64,000 nucleotides of DNA from Naegleria gruberi (lineage: Eukaryota), in the NCBI GenBank assembly GCA_000004985.1, contig GG738863.1, one strand, 5' to 3'. The notes under the pieces are model-generated. The model was not told where the DNA came from. It saw nothing but the letters and a program-made list of their open reading frames with translations, and did not search any database. The position numbers were made by a program, and so were the translations under genes. The stretch's first letter is position 1; each line of letters begins with the position of its first letter. Of this stretch, positions 21,496-32,524 are shown one piece after another.

Positions 21496-23814
21496 TTAGT
21501 ATTTCTTTTTTGCGAATCTGAACTTTCTCTTTTCAGATTCTTGAACTAATTCCTCAAATGTCATAAGCTTCTCCTTCTTTGAAATTAGTTGAATAACATC
21601 CCCAGATTGGATATCCTTGTAGTGATCCAATGAAATACCACAATCAGAACCCTTCTTCACTTCTTTAACTTGGTCCTTAAAGTGGAACAATGAATTGATT
21701 GCAGTCTTTTCAAGACTAGTAGCACCATCTCTAATAACTCTGTAAAAATCTCCCTTTTCAACCTTTGCCAAAATTGAACCTTTGGTAACAGCACAACCAG
21801 CAATATTGATAAGACTCTTTTTTCCTGATGAAGATTTGTCTTGGAATGTGAATGGCTCTTTACAGATAGCTTCTCCAATAACTACATCCTCGTACACTGG
21901 TGGAATTAATTTTGTTAATTCCAATTTCAAATAATCAATCAAGTGATAAATAACCTTAAATTGAGCAATATTAATATTGTTAGATTTGGCATCAATTGAA
22001 ATATTTGGAGCAACTTTAGCATTCATAGCAATAATTTGAGTTCCTTCAACAACCTTTGCAAGTTGAATATCAGCTGTCGATACTGGACCAACAGTTTGTT
22101 TGATAATTTGAATTTGAGCAATTTCAGTTGGGAAGGATGAAATAATTTCAGAAAAAGCGTCAATAGTACCAACAACATCAGTCTTCAAAATAATTGGTAA
22201 AATATACTTCTTCTCCTCTTCAACTTTTTCTTCTTGAGCCTTTTCACCTTCAACTCCTTCAGTTAAACTTGCTCTCTTTTCCATTTCAATCATTTTTTCT
22301 TCAAACTTCTTTGCCTTCTTGTCTTCAGCCTCAATAGACATGCACTCGATTCTATATTCAACGATTCTCTTTGCTGTTTCTTCAGAATCAACCTCGATAA
22401 CTTTATCTCCAGCCTTTGGCATACTGTTAAAACCAACAATTTCCACTGGATCGGCTGGATTTGCAACCTTAACTTCCTTCAAATTCGGATCTCTCAAACT
22501 CTTAACTTTACCATAGGCAAGACCAGAAACTACCCATTTACCAACCTTCAGTGCACCTCTACGAACAATACAGGTTGCTGAAATACCAAATCCGTGCAAC
22601 ACCTTACATTCAATAACTGTACCTTGCATTGGAACATTGTCAACCATTGCCTTCAATTCCAACATTTCAGCTTGCAAACCAATTGCTTCAATAAGATCCT
22701 TGAGACCTTTTCCTTTGAGAGCAGAAATTGGAATAAATTGAGTATCTCCTCCCTTTTCTTCAGAAACAATTCCTTCATTCATCAAGTGTCTTTCGACCAT
22801 TTCCACATCAGCATTAGGTTTATCAATCTTGTTAATGGCAACAATCATTGGAACGTTGGCTTCTCTTGCATGTTTAATAACTTCCCTAGTTTGAGGCATT
22901 ACACCATCATCAGCAGCAACTACAAGTACAATGATATCTGTAACTTGAGCTCCACAAGATCTCATTGAAGTAAAAGCCTCATGGCCAGGTGTATCGATAA
23001 ATGTGATTGGTTTGGCAACTGATTCTAACTTGACTTGGAAGGCACCAATATGTTGTGTAATACCTCCGAATTCCTTATCAACAAGATTAGTATTTCTCAA
23101 TTTATCGAGAAGTGTTGTTTTACCATGATCGACGTGACCCATAATTGTGACAACAGGTGCCTTTGGTTTAAAAAGCTTGGCATATTCCTTCTCAGACTTT
23201 TTCATTTCACTTGCTGATGGTGGTGAATTATCTTCAAGTTTTGCCAATAATTTCAAATCTGATTCTGATAGAATTTTAGGTTTTGTTCGGATAGGTATTG
23301 ATTTTAAATGTTCCAAACACATATTTTCAATTGTATCAATAGATATCACATCTTCCATAGTATATCCTTTAGGTAAATGTTTAATAATTTCATGGGGAGA
23401 TATATCTAATTTTTGTGCCAACTCTCTTGCACTCATAGGAGCTTTTAACTCGAATTCAATATAGGTTTTTCTTGTACGGAAGAATACTTCTTCATCATCC
23501 TCGGATCCCTTTCTTTTTTTATATGATTTCTTCTTTTCTTCGTTATTTTGAATTGAACAAGTATGATAATTCATCACCCTTTGTTGCATTAATTTGCTTT
23601 TTAATAGTTCTTGTTGAATAAATAATTTTAAAGCCCTTTGGGACATTCCGTTACCCAAAACAACGTGATGATGACGATAATTATTCCCACCCAAACTAGT
23701 TGTATTGCTACTGTTGATCATTTGATGTTGTTGTTGTTGCTGATTGGTCAACAGCCAATTCCACGTAGAGCGAACAATTTGTTGTTTGTGTTGGCTTCTC
23801 ATTTTTTTATTCAA
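21496..23814 (-). CDS. Mitochondrial translation initiation factor IF-2 (bacterial-type IF2)
   Basis: 772-aa intronless ORF. GTPase domain VVTIMGHVDHGKTTLLDKLR...DTPGHEAF...NKIDK, followed by the IF2 beta-barrel and C-terminal domains. The N-terminal extension with Q/N tracts is consistent with an organellar presequence region. Confidence 0.85.
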   Translation of the reverse strand: MNKKMRSQHKQQIVRSTWNWLLTNQQQQQHQMINSSNTTSLGGNNYRHHHVVLGNGMSQRALKLFIQQELLKSKLMQQRVMNYHTCSIQNNEEKKKSYKKRKGSEDDEEVFFRTRKTYIEFELKAPMSARELAQKLDISPHEIIKHLPKGYTMEDVISIDTIENMCLEHLKSIPIRTKPKILSESDLKLLAKLEDNSPPSASEMKKSEKEYAKLFKPKAPVVTIMGHVDHGKTTLLDKLRNTNLVDKEFGGITQHIGAFQVKLESVAKPITFIDTPGHEAFTSMRSCGAQVTDIIVLVVAADDGVMPQTREVIKHAREANVPMIVAINKIDKPNADVEMVERHLMNEGIVSEEKGGDTQFIPISALKGKGLKDLIEAIGLQAEMLELKAMVDNVPMQGTVIECKVLHGFGISATCIVRRGALKVGKWVVSGLAYGKVKSLRDPNLKEVKVANPADPVEIVGFNSMPKAGDKVIEVDSEETAKRIVEYRIECMSIEAEDKKAKKFEEKMIEMEKRASLTEGVEGEKAQEEKVEEEKKYILPIILKTDVVGTIDAFSEIISSFPTEIAQIQIIKQTVGPVSTADIQLAKVVEGTQIIAMNAKVAPNISIDAKSNNINIAQFKVIYHLIDYLKLELTKLIPPVYEDVVIGEAICKEPFTFQDKSSSGKKSLINIAGCAVTKGSILAKVEKGDFYRVIRDGATSLEKTAINSLFHFKDQVKEVKKGSDCGISLDHYKDIQSGDVIQLISKKEKLMTFEELVQESEKRKFRFAKKKY

Positions 23815-24156
23815 ATTTATTCAATCAACTTTTTATTGAACAGAAAATTAAATAGCAGCTTGATGAAGCTGTTGTTGTGCGATGAAGAGGATAAATACTA
23901 AATGTTTTTAAAGATTCGTTTAAATTGAATAAAAAACTATTAATAACGTAATTGTTTCTGTTTGATTGAATAAGTCCTCAAGCAAAAAAGAAGCTAAATA
24001 TCTAGCCGTTACATTTAATTTAAAAAAAATAAACAAGCAGCTTGATGATATCAACATAGTGTTTTTATTTCTGTATCGATAGATAGTCCTGAAGGTTTTA
24101 GATTTTTAATATCTATTACAATTTTATGATAATTAAACGTTAACTACCTTCAAAAA

Positions 24157-27100
24157 ATGTATCAACATCTTCCTTCATACATTTTCCTTCTATTTTTCTT
24201 CTTGTTATTATTTGTTGTTTCTGACTCCGAATGCCTTCATCATCATCATCATCGGTATAACACAGAGGAACCAACAAACATCTACACAGCCATATATTAT
24301 GTTGATCAACAGCAGCAGGGAAGAGAGTATAGAAATTTAACGTGTCGAGATGAACAACATCCCTGTTCTACTTTGGATCAAGTCATACAGGCAGCTAGGA
24401 AGGAATTATCAATGATGAGTTCTAATGACAATATCAACCATATTGCTAATGGTGAACGTCCTTTGATTATTGACACATTCAAAATGGTGATTATGAGTCC
24501 TTTCAATTTATCAAGATTTTCATCAGAATTACCTTTCGAATTTACCGAATATTGTACAAGATTTGAATTATTTTGGATTGGAAAGTTTATTACAGAATTA
24601 ATATTACCAAGGGAAAGTGTAATTGACTTGTTCTATATGAATGGTGGAATATTTGATAATTTTTCTACCCTGCAATTCAACAAGGGAATTGATAATGTGA
24701 AAATAGAGAATTGTACTGGAGTGATAGATGTCAACACTAATATTAGACAGCTGGAGATTGAATTTTGTAAATTTAATGAAATAATCATTCAAAACAATAT
24801 TAGACACATACAAATCAGCAACTCGAGGCTCAATTTCTTTAATTTACATTCAGAAAATATTCAATCCATGGTCAAGATTGAAAATTCCTTTTTAACTGGC
24901 AGTGTGCATATGCAGCTGTTTGAGCTATTTTCAATCTTTAATAGTACTTGGACCAGCATGAATACAAAATCTGAATTCAAACTTGGAAGGACAGTTCTAT
25001 TATCAAATATCACTACAAACTCTTTGGCACTATTTATGTTGATTGATACATTACAATTGGACAATGTTTTGGTGAATGGCACAAGAAATGATTGTCAATT
25101 TTATCAAATGATTAGTATCAACTCTTTGATAATTCAAAATTGCACATTTACTAATAATTATTTTTCAGAAGCCAATAGATTTATGTCTTTACAGATTGTA
25201 ACTTCCCTAACCATACGAGATACATTATATTCCCAGAATAATGGCGGATTTTTGCTCTTTACTGAGCCACAAAGTGTGGTGTTTACTAAAATTTCCCTTA
25301 CCAATAATATTATTCAAAACAATACCATTAAGAGTGATGCTTTATTGAAATTCATTGACCAAAATCATAGTTACTACAATATTGAAATTGAAAATTGTTA
25401 TTTTATGAATAACATTGGCAATAATTTGGGATCTTGTCTATATGTAGATGGTGGAATAGTTGATATTAGAAACTCGGTATTTTCTTTCAATATAGCACTT
25501 TTTGGTGGTTCCATATATGCTACCATGTCGAGTGTAGTAGTGAATAATTGCTCATATATTCAAAACCGTGCTGATATTGGTGGTGCAGTGTATTGTTTAG
25601 GTTCACACCTTGAAATTGAGAATGTGTATTGTGGAGAGAATCTGGCATTCTATGCAGGAGGCTGCATCTATTCAGATAGCACTGTGGTATCAAACAGATT
25701 GGAAGGAAGAAATAACATAGGTGCTTCTTATGGTAATCTTATTGCCTATCCATTACAAACCTTAGCACTTAGTATGAATGATATAATTATTGAAGATAGT
25801 ATTCAAGCCTATCCTGGACAATTACTCTATTTAAATCTTTATATAATGGATAAGAATAATCAGAGTGCTCTATTTCTATCAGATTCTAATTATTTAACAA
25901 TCCAACCAAAACATCCATCAGATGGCTTGTTATCTCAAAGCACTATTTCTGGAAATGCTCACTTGATAGTAGGATTACAATTAAAACTCAACAAACCATA
26001 TATTAGAAACATACCAATCACTATTACAGTTAATGCAAATATTATTAGAGAAATTCAAATTGAAATCCTTCCCTGTCCTTACAGTTATATTTTGAAAGAG
26101 AGCACTGGTTTTGGATGCGAATATCTTGCTATTGAAATTATAATTCCTTCAGTTGTTTTGGGATTCATTTCACTTTTGATTATTATTGGATCAATTTCTT
26201 ATGGATCTTTGATTTTAATTAAAAAATTATTGAAATTACAAAAACAAGAAAAAGCAGAGAAGGAGATTGAGAAAAAGTTCAATGATAAGCAATTCATTTT
26301 CGAAACAAATGAAGAATCACCACTCCTCTTCAATGATGATAACTATTCCAATTCTATTAACAACAATAGAGAAATGTCTAAAACAAAGAATATTTCTCAA
26401 CAATATATTATTCCAATAGCTGAGATTGAAATTGTAAAACGAATTGGGGAAGGCACATTTGGAAGTGTTTATCATGCGCTATGGCATAAGACTGATGTGG
26501 CAATCAAAAGACTTAAACATGAAACTAGTGATGATGAAGAATTCGAAAGAGAAGCTATTTTAATGTCTTCTTTAAGACATCCATTTATAGTAAGCTGTTT
26601 TGGAGTTTCACTAACAACCAATGCAAAATATATGGTCGTTGAGTATATGAACAATGGAAGTGTTGAGAAGGCAATTTATAATTCCAATCAGGGAAAAAAT
26701 GTTTTGAGGTTTAATGTGAAATTGAAGATTCTCATTAGTGTGGCTAAAGGATTGACCTATCTACATTCAATCAAACCACACAAAATAATTCATAGGTAAG
26801 TACTACTTGAAAAAGGTTAATGGTTTAAAGAAATCTTTCATAGAGACCTAAAATCTGCCAATATTCTGTTAGATTCAAATATGAATGCTAAAGTATGTGA
26901 TTTTGGATTGAGTAAGGTAGTTTCCAATTCGCATACAATGACTTCTAATGTGGGCACATTATTTTACACCAGTAAGTTCTTTATGTTATTCTTGTATTGT
27001 GATCAAATCTACCGAATCATGTTGAATATCAATTTTTGCTTCCCTTAATGTTTGTCACAAATAGGTCCAGGTAAGTATTTCAGTTGGTTTATTATTGTTG

Positions 27101-27612
27101 TATATTTTTCTGTTTTGTTAACATGTCATCCTATAATGCTCTGTTACATTGTGTTAACTCTTTAGTAAGTTTCACAATTATTTTCACTTTACTTTAATAT
27201 TGAAAATAAGGAGTTGTTATCTAACCAAGGCTATAAAGGCCAATCCACCAAATTGGATGTTTATTCCTTTAGTATTGTAATGTGGGAACTTTTATTTGAA
27301 AAGTCTCCATTTTCTGATGAATTGGAACAAGTTGAAAATCCATTCTCAATGCTAATGAATATTATTAATGGACACAGACCTAAATTAATGTTTGGAACTT
27401 CATTCGAAAATGTAACAAATGATTGGATTGAACATAATTTCACCAAGAAACAAATTCAAAATGTTGGTAGTAGGGAAAAGATTATTCAATATTTAGCAAA
27501 GTATGTGAAAATAATGGAAATGTGCTGGGCTCAAGATGCCTCACAAAGACCAGAATTTATTGAAATTGTTGATTATTTGGAGAATTTAAATTCTTCCTTA
27601 TTCAACCATTGA
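24157..27612 (+). CDS. Receptor-like transmembrane protein kinase: signal peptide, parallel beta-helix (Pmp-like) ectodomain, one TM helix and a TKL-type kinase; at least four exons
   Basis: N-terminal signal peptide MYQHLPSYIFLLFFFLLLFVVSDS. Repeated ectodomain motifs GGSIYAT / GGAVYC / GGCIYSD. TM helix IIIPSVVLGFISLLIIIGSISYGSLILI. Kinase motifs GEGTFGSVY, AIKRL, HRDLKSANILL (split by the 26796..26843 intron after CATAG|GTAAGT), DFGLS, then a 6-bp microexon (27065..27070) and a last exon from ~27211 (ELLSNQGYKG...DVYSFSIVMWELL). The phase across the microexon does not close with canonical sites. Confidence 0.7.
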
Positions 27613-27628
27613 GTTGTTCTTCCATTCA

Positions 27629-28651
27629 TTACACTACATCAACTTGATTAGTTATAAAAAGTCTATCCTTCTTCCTTTGTCTACGGTGTAAACCAGTGAA
27701 GAGGAGAAGCTTGCTGACAAGTAGATCTTTTGAACTATAGATTAGAATATTTTCATTCAAATTCTCTTCTGCCAATCCTATCTCTACAATACAATAGAGA
27801 AATAATCCTCCAATGAGAGATTTTATCATCAGTATGGCACTAAACATACATAAAAAGATCCCAACACCACCTATTGCAGATGTTAAGCCAATTGGTTCTA
27901 ATGTCCACTCAACTTGTGTTGTGAGGATTCCATTTCTATCATAATAGCAGATAAAGTGTCTGTGTTCGTATTCTAATGGGTTACATGGGCCATCCTCACC
28001 TCCACATTTGTATTGAGTTGGTCGAATGAATTTGTAGCCATCAGAGTGCATGGTTATTTCAGTCCTTACTTCAATAGTCAATTTGAATGAATCTGTTGGG
28101 ATTTTATCGTAGGTACATTTAGATATTTCGATACAACATGGATAGAATGAATTTTTAAAATCACACATGGCCAAACCCTTTTCACATGGAATGCAAGTTG
28201 TGTTTGGAAATGGAATGGTATTATAGATTATTTCTGTAGAGTTGGAAATGGAATATTGATGACAATCAGCTGCTTTCCATACATCTTCAATTAGATACCA
28301 TAGTATTGCCATACCAAAAGCAGCAATATTTAACAGAAAACCAAAAAGTAAGAGAGCAAATCCATTGTAGAATGTTTTAACCCTACAAATATCACCAACA
28401 TGTTCATTCATCCTCTTGTGTTTGACAATTTGTGTACGTTTAGATTTTGGATTGGAATGTTGGAGATTTAATTTGTTATCGAATTCTGTCCAATATCTAT
28501 CGGAAGAAGCAAGGGAGAAGAATCTCTTATTGACCAGAGTGAGAGTATTAAGCACTTTCACATCTAAAACATTTATAAATTGGAAAACTAAATCCAGCTC
28601 GTCATCATTAAGGGAGGATGGTGTGCGAGATTGTTCTTTATATTGAGACAT
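27629..28651 (-). CDS. Hypothetical protein with an F-box-like N-terminus, a Cys-rich region and hydrophobic TM helices
   Basis: 340-aa ORF. N-terminal LNDDELDLVFQFINVLDVKVLNTLTLVNKRFFSLASSDRYW resembles an F-box. At least two long hydrophobic segments (GFALLLFGFLLNIAAFGMAILWYLI; AIGGVGIFLCMFSAILMIKSLIGGLFLYCIV). Confidence 0.35.
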   Translation of the reverse strand: MSQYKEQSRTPSSLNDDELDLVFQFINVLDVKVLNTLTLVNKRFFSLASSDRYWTEFDNKLNLQHSNPKSKRTQIVKHKRMNEHVGDICRVKTFYNGFALLLFGFLLNIAAFGMAILWYLIEDVWKAADCHQYSISNSTEIIYNTIPFPNTTCIPCEKGLAMCDFKNSFYPCCIEISKCTYDKIPTDSFKLTIEVRTEITMHSDGYKFIRPTQYKCGGEDGPCNPLEYEHRHFICYYDRNGILTTQVEWTLEPIGLTSAIGGVGIFLCMFSAILMIKSLIGGLFLYCIVEIGLAEENLNENILIYSSKDLLVSKLLLFTGLHRRQRKKDRLFITNQVDVV

Positions 28652-28869
28652 TTTTTTAAAGAGTTTCGTATTAAGGGAAAGGGGTACGGGATGAACAATT
28701 TAATGTTCAATGTTTCATGCTTTGTGAACTTTACTCTGCATTTATAAAGCAAGTTTAATGTTCAAAATATAGTGCTTTGAATAAATCTTGAATGATTGAA
28801 CTTTAGAATTTTTTAAATAATTTAATATTAATGTTACAGAGACTTGATGAGCCTGTAATAATTGATTTC

Positions 28870-30940
28870 TTAATTGATACGTTGATAGTTCTTTTCCTTC
28901 TTTTCTTCATCAACAACTCGGTAAACAAAAAGAGCAATGCAAATAAAGGTCATGCAATAGAATCCAAAAACAAGAGAACTGAATGGCAAGTAGAATGGAG
29001 CAAACTTGATAGCAAAGATAATGTAAGGAACATTGTAAGCAATAAGGCCATAAATGTCACTGTGTAAGAATACCATCAAGGCAGTGTAAATCACTGAAGT
29101 AACAACGACAATAACAAATCTAATCAAAACTGAAGCACTACTAGCACTTTCAAACCAACCAGAGGTCAAGAATGGGAATTGACAAGTGAGTGGAACCTTA
29201 GAGTGGCAAATAAATGCTGTCATAACACACCAAAGAATGAACAAAACAATAGCAAACAACCAAGTAACAATAGTAATAACCAAACCACCAATAGCTCTAT
29301 CATTAACTCTACTACAAGCATTATTTTGACTATTACCAGTCATTTGATATTCCCAATAGCAGTGGAAAACATCCAAAACAGGAGCAGCAGTTTCAGTATT
29401 GGCCAAAATGACAAAACCTTGCTTGTGTTGTCTGTTGAATGCATAACGAGCATGCCATCCGAGATTGTGTCCAGATTGGAAATTAGTCATGGAACCATCA
29501 GATAAGACTTCAATTTCTGAACCAAGAGACATTGAGGTGGTAAACTTGTCCTTAATATATTCATAATAATTGAAAAGTTGTTCAGTATGTTCAGCATCTA
29601 GAACAGCATTACCTTCAATACCAGCATTCAAACCAGCAATCAAAAGATTGGCCATTTCAATACCACAACTGTACAATCCAAAACCAGATTGAACACTATA
29701 GGAATATTCTGGAATAGCGTAGAAATAACTGCCATAGGAAGAACTGAATGTACGAATATTAGCAACATCATCAGTGTCAAAAGTAGAAAGTGACAAACCC
29801 AAAGGATTGAGAACATTCAAGTTAATCCAATTTGTGAAATTGTGGCCAGTAACATCTTCAATGATGGCTTGCAAAATTGCCATATCAGCACCATTAGAAA
29901 CTCTAGATGTAGAAACACCAGTCTTTGAAGGGTCAATACGAATACTGTTGAAAACATCATTGAAAACAACACGGTTACGGCTAGTGGTTGGTTGACCATA
30001 GAATGATTCATATTGGTTAATATCAACAGCTCCAGAAGTGTGAGTCAAAAGATTCATAATAGTAGTGTCATTACTTTGACCACCCTTCAAATTCAAAAGG
30101 AGTCCTCTCTTAAGATAAAGATTGGCAGATGAACGAACAGATGTAATTTTACCATCTTGAACAAGTTTCATAATACCAAAACCAGTAATAGTTTCAGAAA
30201 TTTCACCAACTATTTACAATTAATTTCAATTGATTGCATCATATGTGAAAATTTGACATTTCCGAATAGTATTTTCGAAACGGTTGTCATCAAATGATGA
30301 TAACACAAATACCAATAATATAATAACAATCATATTGTTAATGAAAATGCAACAATAAAAACTAACCTTGAAAGAGAGTATGATTAGTAACAGAACTGTT
30401 CACTGTTGTGAAATAAATATCTCTCTGACCAAAAGCATAAGGTCTAACTCTGTAATTATCATCATCATCAGAAGCAGTATCAACCAAAACCAATTGAGCA
30501 CCAGCAATACCATACATGCTCAACAACTTTGGAAAATGATCCATAACATTAGTTTCAATAAAACTCTCAGAAATTGGCAAGCTACCATTACCACTGGTAC
30601 TATTTACGAAACGGTGTGGTCCAACCCATTCAAAATCAGGACTATAATTAAAAGGATTCATGTAAACATTTTGGAAAATCAAGATAAACCACAATAATGG
30701 AATTGATATCAAGAATATACTCAATATGAATGGCAAGGAACAAGAATCTGACCAATTACCGAGTGTTCCAGCACGATCAGTTTCATAGTGAGAAATTTCT
30801 TTAGCGGCTTGAGCAGAAAAATCTACATCAATATTTACGCCATCTTCTCTTCCGTTGTTGTCATTGTTGTCTTCTTGTTGTTGTTGGTGTTGCTGTGTTG
30901 ATGATAAGAGTGAGGCTCTCTCGTTGCTTTTATCACTCAT
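28870..30940 (-). CDS. Beta-lactamase/transpeptidase-like serine hydrolase (class-C/esterase-like fold) with N-terminal and C-terminal TM segments; two exons, minus 30940..30367 and 30209..28870
   Basis: Exon 1 ends at CAAG|GTTAGT and exon 2 starts after AAATAG (157-bp intron), in phase. The domain shows GIAGAQLVLVD and LLTHTSG (K/H-T/S-G box). One hydrophobic helix follows the N-terminal low-complexity region, and about four helices follow the hydrolase domain. Confidence 0.55.
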
Positions 30941-31179
30941 TTTTTTTTAAAATCTTTTTTTCGGAAGTGAAAAAAAGACTCCGTTCCCGTAACTTACGGC
31001 GACTCCGTTTTGTGGTGTGATGTGTTTATTTGGTGGTGCCCTTCTTCGTTGCAGTTGAAAACAAGGAAGTGAATATCCGTACAAGTACTCGTATGAGAAA
31101 ATTGTTAATTAATTTTGTAATTGTTTCATTTTCACAAGAATATGTATTGAAAATTATTGAACCAAAAAACAAATTACAT

Positions 31180-32151
31180 TTAGAATTTAATTCTTTGTGC
31201 ACAGGTAATGTAACCTTTTTGTTGGCTCTTTGTCCAAATCCAGTGAGAACCTGATTGCTTAGTAACTCCATAGTTATCTGAGTGAGGAGCCTTGACACCA
31301 ACAGGCCAACTGAGGAATTCATCTCCTGAAACAGAGAGATCACCAACCTTACAATTCCAAGTTGATGAACCAGTATTGAATTGTTGTCCCTTATCATTAT
31401 AGATATTGACAAGCAAACCACCCAAACCGTCCATATCAAAAGCACGGACAGAAATCAAGTCTCCATTAGTTAAAGTTACCTTGGTCTTTTGCTTACTACC
31501 CCAACTATCGCCAGAGATGACTTTACCACCATTAATATAGAGAGAATAGGAATTGTCACATGCAGCCTCAATGGTGAATTCAGACTTTCTGTTTTGAGCT
31601 GCTAATTCTTGAGCTTTCTTTTCTGCAGCTTCTTTTTCAGCCTTCAACTTGGCAGCAGCTTCTTGTTCGCCTTTTTGCTTGGCTTCAGCTTCCTTTGCCT
31701 TCTTTTCAGCAGCTTGTTTCTCAGCAAGTGCCTTTGCTTCAGCTTCTTGTTTTAATTTCAACTCTTCGGCAACTTGCTTAGCAGCTTTTTCTTCCTTAGT
31801 GGTTGGGGTATTAACAGAATTAATGACCATTCCATTTTGTCTGGAAGAGGTTGGTACTTGCTTGGAGAGGAAATCAACTTCATACTGCAAAACATTTCTC
31901 AACTCTGAGAGTTCAACCAATTGCTCCTTCTTTTGCTTGACATAGGAAGCTTGCAATTCGTGTGCTCCAAACTCTACAGCTCCTTGAATCAAATCCTTAG
32001 TAGAGGCAATAGCGTTATCCAAACTAGCAAGATTTTGCTTCTTCTCAGCCAAGATTCCCACAGCATTAGATTGTTGAGCACTAACCGATGTAATATACAT
32101 CATCATCATGAGCACAGCAGCTACAACAAGGGCAACATTAAATTTGAACAT
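31180..32151 (-). CDS. Secreted coiled-coil protein with a C-terminal beta-sandwich/lectin-like domain
   Basis: Signal peptide MFKFNVALVVAAVLMMMMYITSVSA, a long Ala/Lys/Glu-rich coiled-coil segment (...AEKKAKEAEAKQKGEQEAAAKLKAEKEAAEKKAQELAAQ), then a Gly/Asp-rich globular domain (SYSLYINGGKVISGDSWG...DMDGLGGLLVNIYNDKGQQF). No confident family assignment. Confidence 0.4.
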   Translation of the reverse strand: MFKFNVALVVAAVLMMMMYITSVSAQQSNAVGILAEKKQNLASLDNAIASTKDLIQGAVEFGAHELQASYVKQKKEQLVELSELRNVLQYEVDFLSKQVPTSSRQNGMVINSVNTPTTKEEKAAKQVAEELKLKQEAEAKALAEKQAAEKKAKEAEAKQKGEQEAAAKLKAEKEAAEKKAQELAAQNRKSEFTIEAACDNSYSLYINGGKVISGDSWGSKQKTKVTLTNGDLISVRAFDMDGLGGLLVNIYNDKGQQFNTGSSTWNCKVGDLSVSGDEFLSWPVGVKAPHSDNYGVTKQSGSHWIWTKSQQKGYITCAQRIKF

Positions 32152-32524
32152 TTTTTAATGATGGTTTTTAAAATAAACTAAGAAGCCTCAATGAATGGCC
32201 TTGACCCACTCTCTCATTCTCTAAAAGTCAATTGTTTAAGATTTTTAACAGACCAAATCTATTACAGTTACCAGTTTATGTGATCAGTTACTGGAAAATA
32301 TTAATTCTAAATGTTTACAGCACACCAAGAACAAAGGTCTAACACTATTATTATAATTACAAAGCACGGAAGAAGAATAAAACCATCAACCATTAATAAT
32401 CAAAATGTGTGATGAATATTCATTATCCAAACCAGCAGTTGGTGATGAAGATGACGAACAAAGAAATTCATCACCACTCACACAAAGAAAAAAAGTTCTC
32501 TAATACAATCCAAAATATAAAACA

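Noticed and set aside
23815-24156. Short repeated string AGCAGCTTGATGA (about 23858 and about 24038) in the divergent IF2/receptor-kinase intergenic region as a regulatory repeat
   Set aside because: Only two 13-bp copies are present. Without motif-enrichment data this cannot be separated from chance, so it is not called as a feature.
27598-27655. UGA as a sense codon (ciliate-like code), suggested by the UCA-anticodon tRNA and by ORFs that continue 13-14 codons past a TGA
   Set aside because: Long confident genes (HSP104 894 aa, IF2 772 aa, tubulin) contain no in-frame TGA. In an AT-rich genome a sense TGA would be common, so UGA is a stop. Continuations of about 14 codons after a stop are expected by chance at this base composition.
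31026-31445. ORF 31026..31445 (minus) as a separate gene or an extension of the coiled-coil gene
   Set aside because: It overlaps the 3' end of 31180..32151 out of frame, has no motif, and no splice-compatible junction joins them. It is treated as non-coding.
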